Shown here in pieces: positions 1 through 14,100 of a stretch of DNA of 64,000 nt. The position numbers and the translations under genes are program-made. This DNA comes from Somniosus microcephalus. Lineage: Eukaryota. The notes beneath the pieces were generated by a model. It saw only the letters and a program-made list of their open reading frames with translations, ran no database searches and was not told the origin of the DNA. Where the stretch lies: contig CM126214.1 of NCBI GenBank assembly GCA_052327205.1, positions 102,300,001 to 102,364,000 of the forward strand. Reading direction: 5' to 3'. The stretch's first letter is position 1; each line of letters begins with the position of its first letter.

Positions 1-1573
1 TAAAACAGAAAGCAGTAATTAGGTGACATCACGTGTGAGCTTTTTAAAAAAAGGTTTAAGGCTATAGGAGGAAGGGAAACTGAAGGTTCCAAGGATTTGA
101 AATTTAGGGAAAGCACAAGTTAAACTAGGAGACAAAGAGTCATGCCTTCAGCACAGTGCAGGGAGGAGGAGGAACGTGCAGCGAGACACAAACATTTGGT
201 GCTTCTGCCGTTCAGATTGCAGGAGGCCGACGACATCCTTGCATTTACACTGCTGAAAGAAGCTTCCTTAACACGAGGGCAGAATCGGAAGGTCATAAAA
301 ATGTGGGACCATCATTCTGCTGCCTGGAATAAAAGAGCTGGTTTGGCAATTTAATGGCAGGGAGCCAGAGCACAGGCATTGATCTCCCATAGTCTGGACA
401 GAGGCGACAAACATGAAAGCATGTTAAAATAGCATGTAAAGAGTTTCGATGCGAGGAAAGTTCAAAGGAGCACTAACTTTGGTAGTATCCGGAGAACAAG
501 GTAGACTCTGGTGGAGAAAGACAGTAGTTGGAGGTGAGAGAAGAATTATATAGATCATAAGCTCCTTGTAGCAAGTCCAATTTTTTTTTTAAAGCAAACT
601 GCTGCCAGTCACAATCTAATCAATAAACATGTTACTTACACAGCCAGCACTCAAAGTAATTGAACTGATGTCAACGATGGCAGCCAATCTGTATTGCGCG
701 AAAAGCTCCTCCCCTTTGAGCAAATTCTCGGAAGCGAATCTTTCATAAAAATCAACAAACTGCCGATGTAGGCTCCATCTGCCAGCTAGGGACGGGCTGT
801 TTGCTTGTGACAAAATCAGCTTTTCTAAGGTGAAATGCAGCATGTAGTTGATATGTGAAAGCAGTCTGGATTCACATCAAACTCAAATGCTTTACCAGAG
901 TGGTGCTACACGGAAATGACTAATCATAAAGCTTGCTGTCATTTCACATTACTGTGATGAAAGGTAAGGTTTCCATTTTTAAACTCAGTATTTAAAATCT
1001 ATCAGTCTCCATCTTTGAAAGCTGGAACACTTCCTAAAACTACAAGTGCAATGTGACATGTATCCATTTAAAGGCACTGAAATGATTAAATGGGAATGTT
1101 GTATGTTAGGAAGTACTAAAAACAGCACTGGTACATTAAGCTATTGCTCCATCTGTCTGTGAACAGGAAGTGAAAAACCTCAATGTGATTAATCCAATTC
1201 TATCCAAAACTTTCCAATCACAATTAACCTGAAATGCGTCACAAAGATTAACAACCTGTCTTACAAAACTACGCCTGATTTGTCAAAGATATAAATGGAC
1301 TGGGATAGAAAGAAAATGAGATTTGAAAAAAAACTATTTAGGCTTTACTAATAATTCCATCGAACAAGTGTCGAGGCACAAAAATATACAAAAAACCAGA
1401 GCTATCACAGGAACAAAGACTACTTTTGTTGTCTTAAGGATTTCCAAAGAAAATAAATTCAGCTTACTTCTGCAGAGTCTGAACATGTCGGTTTCAACCC
1501 AAGATATTTTTAAATCAGTGCTGAATCCACAGACGTAAAGCAGACACCATTGTCTTTGCCTTCAAAGTGCACA

Positions 1574-1910
1574 GAGCACAAAAATCTAGGCTGACACCCC
1601 AGTGCAGTACTGAGGGAGTGCTGTCTTTCGGATGAGACTTTAAACCGAGACGCCGTCTGCTCTCTCAGGTAGATGTAAAAGATCCCATGGCACTATTTCA
1701 AAGAGGAGCTGGGGAGTTCTCCGAGTGTCCTGGCCAATATTTATCCCTCAATCAACCATCACTAAAAAACAGATTATCTGGTCATCATCACATTGCTGTT
1801 TGTGAGACCGTGTGCGCAAACTGGCTGCTGCGTTTCCTACAGAACAACAGTGACTACACTTCAAAAAGTGGTCGTGAAAGGCGCTATATAACTGAAAGTC
1901 TTTCTTTTTT
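1574..1910 (+). mobile_element. SacSINE1/AmnSINE1-like DeuSINE
   Basis: Deu-like core (gtgtcctggccaatatttatccctca...) and tail gtgaaaggcgctatat. Confidence 0.75.
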
Positions 1911-2334
1911 ACTGTGCTGTGAACTATGAACATTACAGGGAAAAAATTGTTTGCCTTTTCCACAACGGGGACACCCAGAAAGAACGGCACCAAACCACTG
2001 GTGGGCAGTTCAGCGAGCACATTCTTTGAATGGTCACGGAATCCTTCTTCACAGAGTGGAAGCTCAGGGCCCTCATCAATCTCAGAATCTTAGGCAGAGC
2101 ACGTTGTAAATGCCATAACCCGAGAACAGTTTTGCTCATCAACGAATCAGACTGCTTTATAACATAAAGGACCTGAATCAGCAAAAGCAATCAATAGCAT
2201 GACAGGGCTCACTGAATCTGGAGAAGGATGACTTTCCTTATTGGGCACTTCTCAATATTCCACAAAAGGGCATGCAGCAAAGGCTGAAGTGGAGCAGAGA
2301 CACTAAATCACGAATTCGACATTACAATAGTATT

Positions 2335-2895
2335 TTTTAAATTCATTTATGGGATGTGGGCATTGCTGGCAAGGCCAGCATTTATTGCACATTCCTTGTT
2401 GCCCTTGAGAAGGTGGTGGTGAGCCGCCTTCTTGAACACACTGGAGTCCATGTGGTGAAGGTACTCCCACAGTGCTGTTAGGGAGGGAGTTCCAGATTTT
2501 GACCCAGCGACAATGAAGGAACAGGGATATATTTCCAAGTCAGGGTGGTGTGTGACTTGGTGGTGGTGTTCCCATGCAACTTCTGCCCTTGTCGTTCTAG
2601 GTGGTAGAGGTCGCAGGTTTGACAGGTGTCGTCAAGGAAGCCTTGGCGAGTTTCTGCAGTGCATCTTGTAGATGGTACACACTGCAGCCACGGTACACCG
2701 GTGGTGGAGGGAGTGAATGTTTAAGGTGGTGGATGGGGTGCCAATCAAGCAGGCTGCTTTGTCCTGGATGGTGGAGAGCTTCACGAGTGTTGTTGGAACT
2801 GCACTCATCCAGGCAAGTGGAGAGTATTCCATCACACTCTTGACTTGTGCCTTGTAGATGGTGGAAAGGCTTTGGGGAGTCGGGAGGTGAGACAC
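2335..2895 (-). mobile_element. 3' fragment of the CR1/Zenon-like LINE
   Basis: Reverse-complement match to about 52825-53395. Confidence 0.85.
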
Positions 2896-3529
2896 TCGCC
2901 ACAGATGCTGCCTGACCTGCTGAGTATTTACAGCATTTTCTGTTTTTATTACAGCACAAGGACCAAGAAGGAAGTGTCAATTAGAGAGGGTGAATTCAAT
3001 GCCAAATCAGGTATTGAAAGAGAAATAGAGAGGGAAAGAAAGGTTGGATTAAGAGACAAAGGAAAAGTTAAAAAAAAATTCACATCTTTAAAATATCCAA
3101 CAGCGATTAAAACTTGAAGGAATGAGACTCCACACTTATAATAGTTAATTTTCGGTGCCAGAGGTTCATTGGCAGTAATTAACAATTAACACATTGTACA
3201 AAGAATCGGACTGCAAATCTAGGGTTAATTAAATATGCACAGACTTTAAATGTCTCCAAAACAGACTCCTTGCATCACTTCAGATCAGCTCTAACTTTCT
3301 GCAGCGAGATTAGTTCATATCTGCCATGAAAGTACAGCAACTTCACGCCGCTCAGTGCATTTCAATGGTGACCAAGATAGCGAGATGCCATTTTCACAAA
3401 GAATAGTGAGCGGAGCACCTTGGACAGCAAATTTTGGATTTTAACTGCGCATCTGCCCTCGCCAGAGGCTGCTTTAGCATTTGTGCATAAATAATTTGAC
3501 AGCAAATTATGGGTCGCTGTATTGCATTT

Positions 3530-4045
3530 GCTCTGATGATGCCACATTCAACACCAGAGCTTCTGCAAGGTCCTCCTTTTTCCTCAGCCAAGGTTTCTCC
3601 TCCATCGCGGTGGACAGGATCCTTGAATGAGTCTGTCCCATTTCCCATGCTTCTGCCCTCACCCCTTCTCCTCCCTTGCAGAACCGTGATACGGTCCTCC
3701 TTGGCGCTAACTTCCACCCAACCAGCCTCCGCATTCTAAAGATTGTCTTCTGCCATTTCCACCGCCTCCAGCACAATGTCCACCACCAAATCATCTTGCC
3801 CTCCCTCCCCTCAGCTTTCCGAGGGGACTGTTCCCTCTGACACTCTGGTTCACTCCTATTACCTGCTCTCCTCCCCAACACCTTTCCACGCAAGCACACG
3901 AGATACAACAGCTGCTCATTTACCTACTCCCACACCACTAACACGGTTCCAAACACTACTTCTGCATTAAACAGCAATTTACATGTACTTCCTCCAACCT
4001 AGTATGTTGCATTCACTGCTCACTATATCAGAGATACCAACTTCT
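3530..4045 (+). mobile_element. Degraded Penelope C-terminal/GIY-YIG region
   Basis: Frameshifted remnant of an R..L.L.FHPTSLRI..I...F..LQ-like segment. Boundaries approximate. Confidence 0.55.
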
Positions 4046-4167
4046 GTTGTCTGCAAGTGAAACCTCAGGCTTCCGGTCATTTGCTACATTGTTTCACTTA
4101 CTGCAGCAAAAGGAGAGATGCAGATTACTGTAATAGAATCATGGAAATTTACAGCACAAAAGGAGGC

Positions 4168-4397
4168 TGTGATAAAAATGCTAACTTCCGGGAAGTTATG
4201 TCATCACTTCCTGTGAACTATGAACTGTGTACATACCTCACTTCCTGTTGGACTGGTATAAATACTGGTCTGTTCAGTATTGTAAGAGGCTTCTACCAGA
4301 GGCATGGTAAAGACCTCTCTTGTATATAGTGTGTTTATAAGTTACTTAAAGCTTACTTTAAAGTTACTTGATGGTAAGTCTCCTTTTTCTTACATCA
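4168..4397. mobile_element. Solo LTR (230 bp)
   Basis: TG...CA ends, perfect TSD GAGGC/GAGGC and a TATAAA box. Interrupts a CR1 3' UTR. Confidence 0.8.
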
Positions 4398-4655
4398 GAG
4401 GCCATTCGACCCATCATGTCTGTGCCGGCCGAAAAAGAGCTATCCAGTCTAATCCCACCAACCAGCTCTTGGTCCGTAGCCCTGTAGGTTACAGCACGTC
4501 AAGTGCATATCCAAGTACTTTTTAAATGTGATGAGGGTTTCTGCCTCTACCACCCTTTCAGGCAGTGAGTTCCAGACCCCCACCATCCTCTGGGTGAAAA
4601 AAGTTCTCCTCAACTCCCCTCTAATCCTTCTACCAATTACTTTATATATCTATAT

Positions 4656-6063
4656 AAGAGAGGGAGACAGAAAACAGGAAACTATAGACCAGTTAGCCTA
4701 ACATCTGTCATTGCGAAAATGCTGGAGTCCATTATTAATGAAGTAGTCGCAGGACATTTAGAAAATCATAATACAGTCATACATGGTTTTATGAAAGGGA
4801 AATCATGTTTGAAAATTTACTGGAGTTCTTTGAGGATGTAACGAGCAGGGTGGATAAAGGGGAACCAGTAGATGTGGTGTATTTGGATTTGGATTGCAGA
4901 AGGCGTTCGATAAGGTGCCACATAAAAGGTTACTGCACAAGGTAAGAGCTTACAGGGTAATATATTAGCATGGATAGAGGATTGGCTAACTAACAGAAAA
5001 CAGAGAGTTGGGATAAATGGGTCATTTTCAGGTTGGCAAACTGTAACTAGTGGGGTGCCACAGGGATCAGTGCTGGGGCCTCAATTATTTACAATCTATA
5101 TTAATGACTTGGATGAAGGGACTGGGTGTAATGTAGCCAGATTTGCTGATGATACAAAGATAGATGGGAAAGCAAGATGTGAAGAGGACACAAAGAATCT
5201 GCAAAGGGATATAGATAGGCTAAGTGAGTGGGCAAAAATTTGACAGATGGAGTATAATGTGGGAAAATGTGAGGTTATCGACTTTGGTAGGAAAAATAAA
5301 AAAGCAAATTATTTAAATGGTGGGAGATTACAAAATGCTGCAGTACAGAGAGATCTGGGGGTCCTCGTACATGAATCACAAAAACTTAGCATACAGGTAC
5401 AGCAAGTAATTAGGAAGGCAAATGGAATGTTGGCCTTTATTGCAAGGGGGATAGAGTATAAAAGTAGGGAAGTCTTGCTACAACTGTACAGGATATTGGC
5501 GAGACCACACCTGGAGTACCGCATACAGTTTGGGTCTTCTTATTTAAGGAGTGATATACTTGCATTGGAGGCAGTTCAGAGAAGGTTCACTAGGTTGATT
5601 CCCGAGATGAAGGGGTTGTCTTTTGGAGAAAGGTTGAGCCTATACTCATTGGAGTTTAAAAGAATGAGAGGTGATCTTATTGAAACATATAAGATGCCGA
5701 GGGGGCTTGACAAGGTAGATGCAGAGATGATGTTTCCCCTCGTGGGGGAATCTAGAACTGAGGGCATAGTTTCAGAATAAGGGGTCGCCCATTTAAAATG
5801 GAGATGAGGAGGAATTTCTTCTCTCAGAGGGTCGTGAATCTGTGGAATTCTCTACTCCAGAGAGCTGTGGAGGCTGGGTCATTGAATATATTTAAGGTGG
5901 AGAGAGACAGATTTTTGAATGATAAGGGAGTCAAGGGTTATGGGGAGCAGGCAGGGAAGTGGAGTTGAGGCCAAGATCAGATCAGCCATGATCTCATTGA
6001 ATGGCGGAGCAGGCTCGAGGGGTCAAATAGCCTACTCCTGCGCCTATTTCTCATGTTCTTATG
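4656..6063 (+). mobile_element. CR1 LINE, 5'-truncated
   Basis: RT ORFs 5055-5780 and a (TTCTTATG)-type tail. Confidence 0.9.
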
Positions 6064-6100
6064 ACCCCTGGTCATTGACCTCTCTGCTAAGGGAAATAGG

Positions 6101-6276
6101 TGTTGTATCCGTGTGTTAATGAAGACACGGAATGCAGGAGTTGGTTTACAGGTGTTTACTGGACAAAGTCTGGAGGTGAACTAACAGATACAAGACAATA
6201 TACAGGCTTATGTAGCCCGAGTGGCCATTACCGGCATTACAGTACACAGGGGGCTCTTAAAGGCACATGCACCACA
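6101..6276. mobile_element. Solo LTR (176 bp)
   Basis: TGTTGT...ACCACA with perfect TSD ATAGG/ATAGG. Interrupts a CR1. Confidence 0.8.
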
Positions 6277-7287
6277 ATAGGTCCTTCCTATCCAGGCCCC
6301 TCATAATTTTGTACACCTCAATCAAGTCTCCTCTCAGCCTCCTCTGTTCCAAAGAAAACAACCCCAGTCTATCTAATCTTTCCTCATAGCTACAATTACC
6401 CAGTCCTGGCAGCATTCTCGTAAATCTCCTCTGTACCCTCTCTAGTGCAATCACATCTTTCCTGTAAACTGACCAGAACTGTGGCCTAACTAGTGTTTTA
6501 TATAGTTCAAGCATAACCTCCCTGTTCTTATATTCTATGCCACGGCTAATAACGGAAAGTATTCCATATGCCTTCTTAACCACATTATCTACCTGTCCTG
6601 CTACCTTTAGGGATCTGTGGACATGCACTCCAAGGTCTCTCTGTTCCTTTACACTTCTCAATATCCTACCATTTATTGTGTAGTCCCTTGCCTTGTTAGC
6701 CCTCCCCAAATACATTACCTCACACTTCTCCAGATTGAATTCCATTTGCCACTTTTTTGCCCACCTGACCAGTCTATTGATATCTTCCTGTAGTCTACAG
6801 TTTTCTTCCTCACTATTAACCACACGGCCAATTTTTGTATCATCTGCAAACTTCTTAATCATGCCCCCTACACTGAAGTCTAAATCACTGATGTATACCA
6901 CAAAAAGCAAGGGACCTAGTACTGAGCCCTGCGGAACTTCACTGGAAACAGCCTTCCAGTCACAAAAACACCCATCGACCATTACCCTTTGCTTCCTGCC
7001 ACTGAGCCAATTTTGGATCCAACTTGCCACTTTCCCTTGGATCCCATGGGCTTTTATTTTTCTGATCAGTCTGCCATATGGGACCTTGTCAAAAGCCTTG
7101 CTGAAATCCATGTAGACTACATCAGATGCACTACCCTCATCAACCTTCCTTGTTATCTCTTCAAAAAATTCAGTCAAGTTAGTCAGACACGATCTTCCCT
7201 TAATCCGTGTCTTTCTAAATGATGATTAATACTTTCCCTCAGAATTTGATTCAATCTCACCATGACTTGAATTCTGTATATTCACGC

Positions 7288-7778
7288 TCATAAGAACATA
7301 AGAATTAGGAGCAGGAGTAGGCCATATGGCCCTTCCAGCCTGCTCCGCCATTCAATAAGATAATGGCTGAGCTTCGACCTCAACTTACCTAGAGTCTAAA
7401 AATCTATATCTCAGCCTTGAATATACTCAACGATTCAGCATCCACAGCCCTATCAAGGGAATTCCAAAGATTCACAACCCTCAGTGAAGTAATTCCTCCT
7501 CATTTCAGTCTTAAATGGCTGACCCCTTATCCTGAGACTAAGCCCCTTAGTTCCAAACTCTCCAGCCAGGGGAAACAACCTCAGCATCTAACCTGTCAAT
7601 CCCCCTCAGTATCGTATATGTTTCAATGAGATCACCTCTCATTCTTCTAAACTCCAGAGAGTATAGGCCCAATCTATTCAATCTCTCCTCATAGGACAAC
7701 CCGCTCATCCCAGGATCAATCTAGTGAACCTTCATTGCACCGCCTCTAAGGCAAGTATGTCCTTCCTCAGATAAGGAG
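7288..7778 (-). mobile_element. CR1 3' fragment
   Basis: cataagaacataagaa tail and the CR1 3' stem-loop. Confidence 0.85.
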
Positions 7779-7811
7779 AAAGAAAGACTTGCATACAACG
7801 CCTTTCACAAC

Positions 7812-8400
7812 CACAAACTGTTAAATTGGCAGAGGGCGTCGGAAGAGTCGCGGATGTAGGTGGGAAGAGACTGGACAAGGGGAGAAAGAGAGTCGAGATA
7901 GGAAGACATAAGTTCCGTGGGGCAAGAACAGGTTGAAACGATGGGTCTACCAGGGCAGTCCTGTTTGTGGATCTTGGGAAGGAGGTAGAAGCGGGCTGTG
8001 CGGGGTTGGGGAACTATGAGGTTGGCGGCCATGGGGGAAAGATCTCCAGAGGAGATGAGGTCAGTGACAGTCTTGGAAACAGTGGCTTGATGTTCGGTAG
8101 TGGGGTCATGGTCCAGGTGGAGGTAGGAGGTGGTGTCGGAGAGTTGGCATTCAGTTTCCGCTAGGTAGAGGTCAGTTTGCCAAACAACAGCACCAGAAGG
8201 GTTTCGACCCGAAACGTTGGCTATTTCTCTCTCCACGGATGCTGCCTGGCCTGCTGAGTTTTTCCAGCATTTTCTGTTGTTATTTTGGATTTCCAGCATC
8301 CGCAGTATTTTGCTATCGTAACAACAGCACCACCCTTGTCAGCAGGTTTACTGACAATGTCGGGGTTGGATCTGAGAGAATGAAGTGCTGCAAGTTCCCT
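7812..8400 (-). mobile_element. Penelope-like RT fragment
   Basis: KPADKGGAVV..., then FYLLPKIHK...GRPIVS...LPTYIRDS. Confidence 0.85.
8196..8319 (+). mobile_element. Penelope pseudo-LTR fragment inserted in the Penelope RT
   Basis: 13-bp TSD AACAACAGCACCA (8183-8195 / 8320-8332). Starts inside a hammerhead (GAAGGGTTTCGACCCGAAACGTT). Confidence 0.8.
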
Positions 8401-8409
8401 ACTCTTGCA

Positions 8410-8660
8410 GGCATAACTCCCTACTCTTCTTCGAAATAGTGTCATGGGATCTTTTCCGTCCACCTGAGCGCGCAGACAGGGCCTCGGTTTAACGTCTTAT
8501 CCGAAAGACGGCACCTCTGACCGTGCAGCACTCCCTCAGCACTGCACTGGAGTGAGTGTCAGCCTAGATTTATGTGCTCAAGTCCCTGGAATGGGACTGT
8601 GGACCCACAACCTTCTGACTCAGAGGTAAGTGTGCTACCAACTGAGTCACAGCTGACACA
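8410..8660 (-). mobile_element. SacSINE1-like SINE 5' half (tail remnant at 7778-7810)
   Basis: Reverse-complement match to 59003-59230. Confidence 0.75.
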
Positions 8661-11129
8661 GGAAACCAAAACGGTGCACAGTACTCCAGGTGTAGTTCTG
8701 TACTATGAAATAAAGCAGCTCAACAATTCCTATCATGCCTTGTCTCACCAAGTGTTTGATTGACCACCTTCAGAAAGATTGAAGTACATGCAAAAGACAT
8801 GAATATCCAGTTCAGGTCACAAGGGAGTACTATTGCTATAACCCCGCTCCCCCCACCCCCAGTTACACAATTGTGCAAGTAGATAATGGCCTTGGGATGT
8901 TTTCTCTGTTAAAGGCCCTATATAAATGCAAGTTGTTGTTCTAGTAGATGAAGGGCACGTTGAGTCAACTCCCTTAAAAGTAAATGCCCAGACTGCTTAC
9001 AGGAGGGACTGACGTCACTAAACCCGAGAAAGTATCTAAAGCAGATCTAAATTTGTGACACCATCCTTATATGAAGGACAGCCTTCCACTGAATTCAGTG
9101 GTTACAGCTCGGTCTTTTGCTAAGCTGGGAGCAGACATCACCCTTCAAGAAATCATGAACTGTAAATAGCCAACGCAAGAAAAATTGTGGGGGTGGGCCA
9201 GTTATTGTGAAGAAACCATGGTATTCAATATAGAACAAAACCAGGTACCAGGAGTTACAGAAAGCTCGACATTTTGAGCCAAAGTAATACACGAGAAGCC
9301 TTAGTCTACAAACCAGTCTGGCAGCCTCGAATACAGATCTTCCAGCTCTTCTGTTCAAAGAATTTAACCCCTTAAGAAGAAAATTTAACTAACATTTTTA
9401 TACAAATTATACAAGAAAGACATGTTCTTTCTTTAAATTATACAAAGCTCCTTGTGGCAAAATGGCCAAAGATTCTGAAACGCGACATTTGACAAGTTTG
9501 TTTTTTATATCCGTATTGTCAACAGCCACCTCTTCAGCTGCAAAGAAGTGACATAGTTAGCAGCACACCACTGTAGAGAAAAAGCCTGCAGCGCCTCACA
9601 TAGGACTTGCTGTATAAACTGCTGGCTCCTCTAAAGTACAGGCCCTCAAACTGGGGTCTGCGAGGGGACCACAAGGTCATCACATTTCTATTGTTGAGTG
9701 ATCGGATTTTTGTATTATTTGACTTTCTGGGGCATTATTTCTGGTGCTATATACTGTTGAAGATAGTACTTTTAGGTACTATTTCCTGTTAGGTAACCGA
9801 CACTATTCCAGAAGTCAAGCGTGGGCTCACAGGAAGGTAAAATAAACAACCCCAAAATAATACTGCACACAATATTCCAGTACCACAATCAGTTTGAAAG
9901 CAGTTCTGTTTAAATAGCAATTTAAAAGAAAGGGCAATATATACTTGACCACCATTTCAATACAGATACTCTCCAACCTCCATGACTGTGCTTATAAAAG
10001 GAAAGAAGTAATGAGTCACAGAATTATGACATGTGCTTTGCAGTTAGGACCGCATGCTTTTACCGGTAGCTTTTACTGCAATCAGCCAGCACTCCTCAGA
10101 TGGTTGGCATCTTAGACAGGATAAGAAAATACCTGCGACTCTTATATGGTGGGAGCCAGCCTATACTGCCAGCACCTCTTCGTAGTTTAACTTAAGTGCA
10201 GAAAGTGCAAATAACTGCGATTTTCACATCGACACCAGGTATTTCAACTTTACAAAAAATATGTAAAGCTGCATTTGGAGAGTGTAGAACGTTTAAACAT
10301 ATTTGGGTGGCTAGAATTTGAATGAAAATTTGATTGATTACTTGGACTTGAAAGCTCTAACACAGTGGGGCACAGGTTAATTATATTGATGTACATAGTG
10401 AATTTTACAGTTCTGTTTTCAGTATATTCAACACTGCAATTGTTAACCTTGGATGTTACCAAACAATAAGCAGAGGAAAAGCTACAGAAACAAATACGAA
10501 AATCTTATCAGAGGATAAAGCAGCTACTAACAGTATACTGATCTAATTTGACACCAACAAAGGCTATTTTTCCTCTGTCCCCACGAGCATTTTCTTTAGC
10601 ATCCAATATTGTATGTGTACATAACATAAACCATGGTATCGTTCAAATATTAATCCTAAGAAAGGTTTTGTGACATTTCAGTGTGATGAAGTGCTATATA
10701 AATGCAAGTATTACTATTGAAAAAGTTGTTGAGTCCAGGAGGCACAATAAGTTGTGTAGATGGGAGCAGGTAGTTACAAAGGGACATAGACAGATTAAAT
10801 GAGTGGGCAAAACTGTAGCAAACAGAGCTCAATGTGGGGAACTATGAGGTCATCTACTTTGGATCCAAGAAAGATAAATCGGAATATTTCCTTAATGGAG
10901 AGAGACTGTGGAGGAGGAAAGGGATTTGGGTGCTGAGGTATACAAAAATCACTAAAAGCTGATGCACATGTACAGTAATCAAACAGGCTAATGGAATGTT
11001 GGTCTTTATCTCAAAGGAGGCTGGAATACAAAGGGAAAGAAGTTATACTGCAGCTGTACAGAGACTTCATCTGGAATACTGCATTCAGTTTTGGGTACTG
11101 AATCATAATAAAACCATGTTGACTCTGTT

Positions 11130-14100
11130 TGATTGTATGAAAGGGAAATTGTGTTTGACAAATTTACTAGAGTTCTTTGAGGATGTACATAAGAACATAA
11201 GAAATAGGAGCAGGAGTAGGCCAATCGGCCCCTCGAGCCTGCTCCGCCATTCAATAAAATCATGGCTGATCTGATCCTAACCGTCAATCCACTATCACAG
11301 AACCATCTCCTGAATCTAACAGAATTAGACACACGAAATAGGAGCAGGATCAGGCTACACGGCCCCTGGGCCCGCTCCGCTACCCACAGGGCCATGACCG
11401 ATCCGAACCTAGACTCATGTCCAAATTCCTGCCCCGCTCCCCGTAACCCTTAATTCCCTTTACTTCTCGGAAACTGTCTATTTCTGTTTTAAATTTATGT
11501 AATGATGTAGCTTCTACAGCTTTTTGGGGCAGCATATTCCATGGACCTGCCACCCTCTGAGTGAAGTAGTTCCTCCTCATCTCAGTTTTGAAAGAGCAGC
11601 CCCTTATTCTAAGACTATGCCCCCGAGTTCTAGTTTCACCCATCATCGGGAACATCCTCCCCGCATCCACCCGATCCAACCCCTTCACAATCTTATATGT
11701 TTCAATAAGATCACCTCTCATTCTTCTGAACTCCAATGAGTAGAGTCCCAATCTACTCAACCTCTCCTCATATGTCCATCCCCTCATCCCCGGGATTAAC
11801 CGAGTGAACCTTCTTTGTACTGACTCGAGAGCAAGTATGTCTTTTCTTAAGTATGGACACCAAAACTGTATGCAGTATTCCAGGTGCGGTCTCACCAATA
11901 CCTTGTACAACTGAAGCAATACCTCCCTATTTTTATATTCTATCCCCCTAGCAATGAAAGCCAACATTCCATTGGCCTTCTTAATCACTTGCTGCACCTG
12001 TATACTAACCTTTTGAGTTTCGTGCACCAGGACCCCCAGATCCCTTTGTACTTCAGTATTTTCCAGTTTCTTGCCATTAAGATAATAACTTGCTCTACGA
12101 TTTTTCCTGCCAAAGTGCATAACCTCACACTTTCCAGTATTGTATTCCATCTGCCAAATCTCTGCCCACTTACTTAGCCTGTCTATGTCCCCTTGCAGGT
12201 TTTTTATGTCCTCCTCACTCACTACTTTCCCTCCCATCTTCGTATCATCTGCAAACTTTGATATGTTACACTCGGTCCCCTCCTCCAAATCGTTAATATA
12301 GATTGTAAAGAGTTGGGGACCCAGCACTGACCCCTGCGGAACACCACTGGTTACTGATTGCCAGTCTGAGAATGAACCATTTATCCCAACTCTCTGCCTT
12401 CTGTTAGCCAATCCTCTATCCATGCCAGAATATTACCCCCAATCCTGTGATTTTTTATCTTAAGCAATAATCTTTTGTGTGGCAGCTTGTCAAATGCCTT
12501 TTGGAAGTCTAAATACACTACGTCCACTGGTTCCCCTTTATCCACCCTATATGTTACTTCCTCAAAGAACTCCAGCAAATTTGTCAAACATGACTTCCCC
12601 TTCATAAAACCATGCTGACTTTGTCCTATTAAATTATGATTATCCAAATGTCCTGTTACTGTCTCCTTAATAATGGACTCCAAAATTTTACCTACCACAG
12701 ATGTTAGGCTAACCGATCTATAGTTTCCAGCCTTCTGTCTACTGCCCTTTTTAAATAAGGGTGTTACATTAGCAGTTTTCCAGTCTGCCGGGACCTTTGC
12801 CGAGTCCAGGGAGTTTTGGAAAATGATTACCAATGCATCCACAATCCCTACCGCCACTTCCCTCAAGACCCTAGGATGTAAGCCATCCGGTCCAGGTGAT
12901 TTATCCACCTTGAGTCCCATTATTTTACCGAGTACCACTTCCTTAGTGATTTTGATCGTGTTTAGCTCCTCCCCCCTATAGCCCCCTGTTTGTCCAGTGT
13001 TGGGATATTCTTAGTGTCCTCTACTGTAAAGACTGATACAAAATATTCAGTGTTTTTGCCATCTCCATATTTCCCACCATTCATTTTCCGGTCTCATCCT
13101 CTAAGGGACCAACATTTACGAACAGGGTGGCTAAAGAGGAACCAGTAGATGTAGTGTATTTGGATTTCCAGACGGCATTCGATAAGGTACTGCATAAAAG
13201 GTTACTGCACAAAAGCTCTCAGTGTTAGGGGTAATATATTAGATTGGATAGAGGATTGGCTAATTAACAGAAAACAGAGAGTTGGAATAAATGGGTCATT
13301 TTCAGGTTGGCAAATTTTAACTAGTGGGGTGCCACAGGGATCAGTGCTGGGGCCTCAACTATTTACAATCTATATTGATGACTTAGATGAAGGGACCAAG
13401 TGTACTGTTGCCAAAGTTGCTGACGATACAAAGATAGGTGGGAAAGCAAGTTATGAGGAGGTCAGAGAGTCTGCAAAGGGATATAGATTGGTTAAGTGAG
13501 TGGGCAAAAATTTGGCAAATGGAGTGTAATGTGGGAAAATGTGAGGTTATCCACAGAACAATAAAAGAGCAAAATATTATCTAAATGGAGACAAACTACA
13601 GAATGCTGCGGTACAGAGGAATCTGGGCGTTCTCGTACATGACACACAAAAATTTAACATGCAGATACAAGCAAGTAATTAGGAAGGCAAATGGAATATT
13701 GGCCTTTATTGCAAGGGGGATGGAGTATAAAAGTAGGGAAGTCTTGCTACAACTGTACAGGGTATTGGTGAGGCCACACCTGGAGTACTGCGTACAGTTT
13801 TGGTCTCCTTATTTAAGGAAGGATATATTTGCATTGGAGGCAGTTCAGAGAAGGTTCACTAGGTTGATTCCTGAGTTGAAGAGGTTGTTTTATGAGGAAA
13901 GGTTGAGCAGGTTGGGCCTATACTCATTGGAGTTTAGAAGATTGAGAGGTGATCTTATTGAAACATGTAAGATTCTGAGGGGGCTTGACAGGATAGATGC
14001 AGGGAGGATATTTAACCTCATGGGGGAATCTGGAACTAGGGGACATGGTTTCAGAATAAGGGGTCGCTCATTTTAAACAGAGATGAGGAAGAATTTCTTC

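Larger units (their letters stand above)
4135..7200 (-). mobile_element. CR1 LINE (5'-truncated) split by three younger insertions
   Basis: RT ORF 6257-7177 ([21 protein letters not shown]). Sequence at about 4650 resumes at about 6062. Confidence 0.9.
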
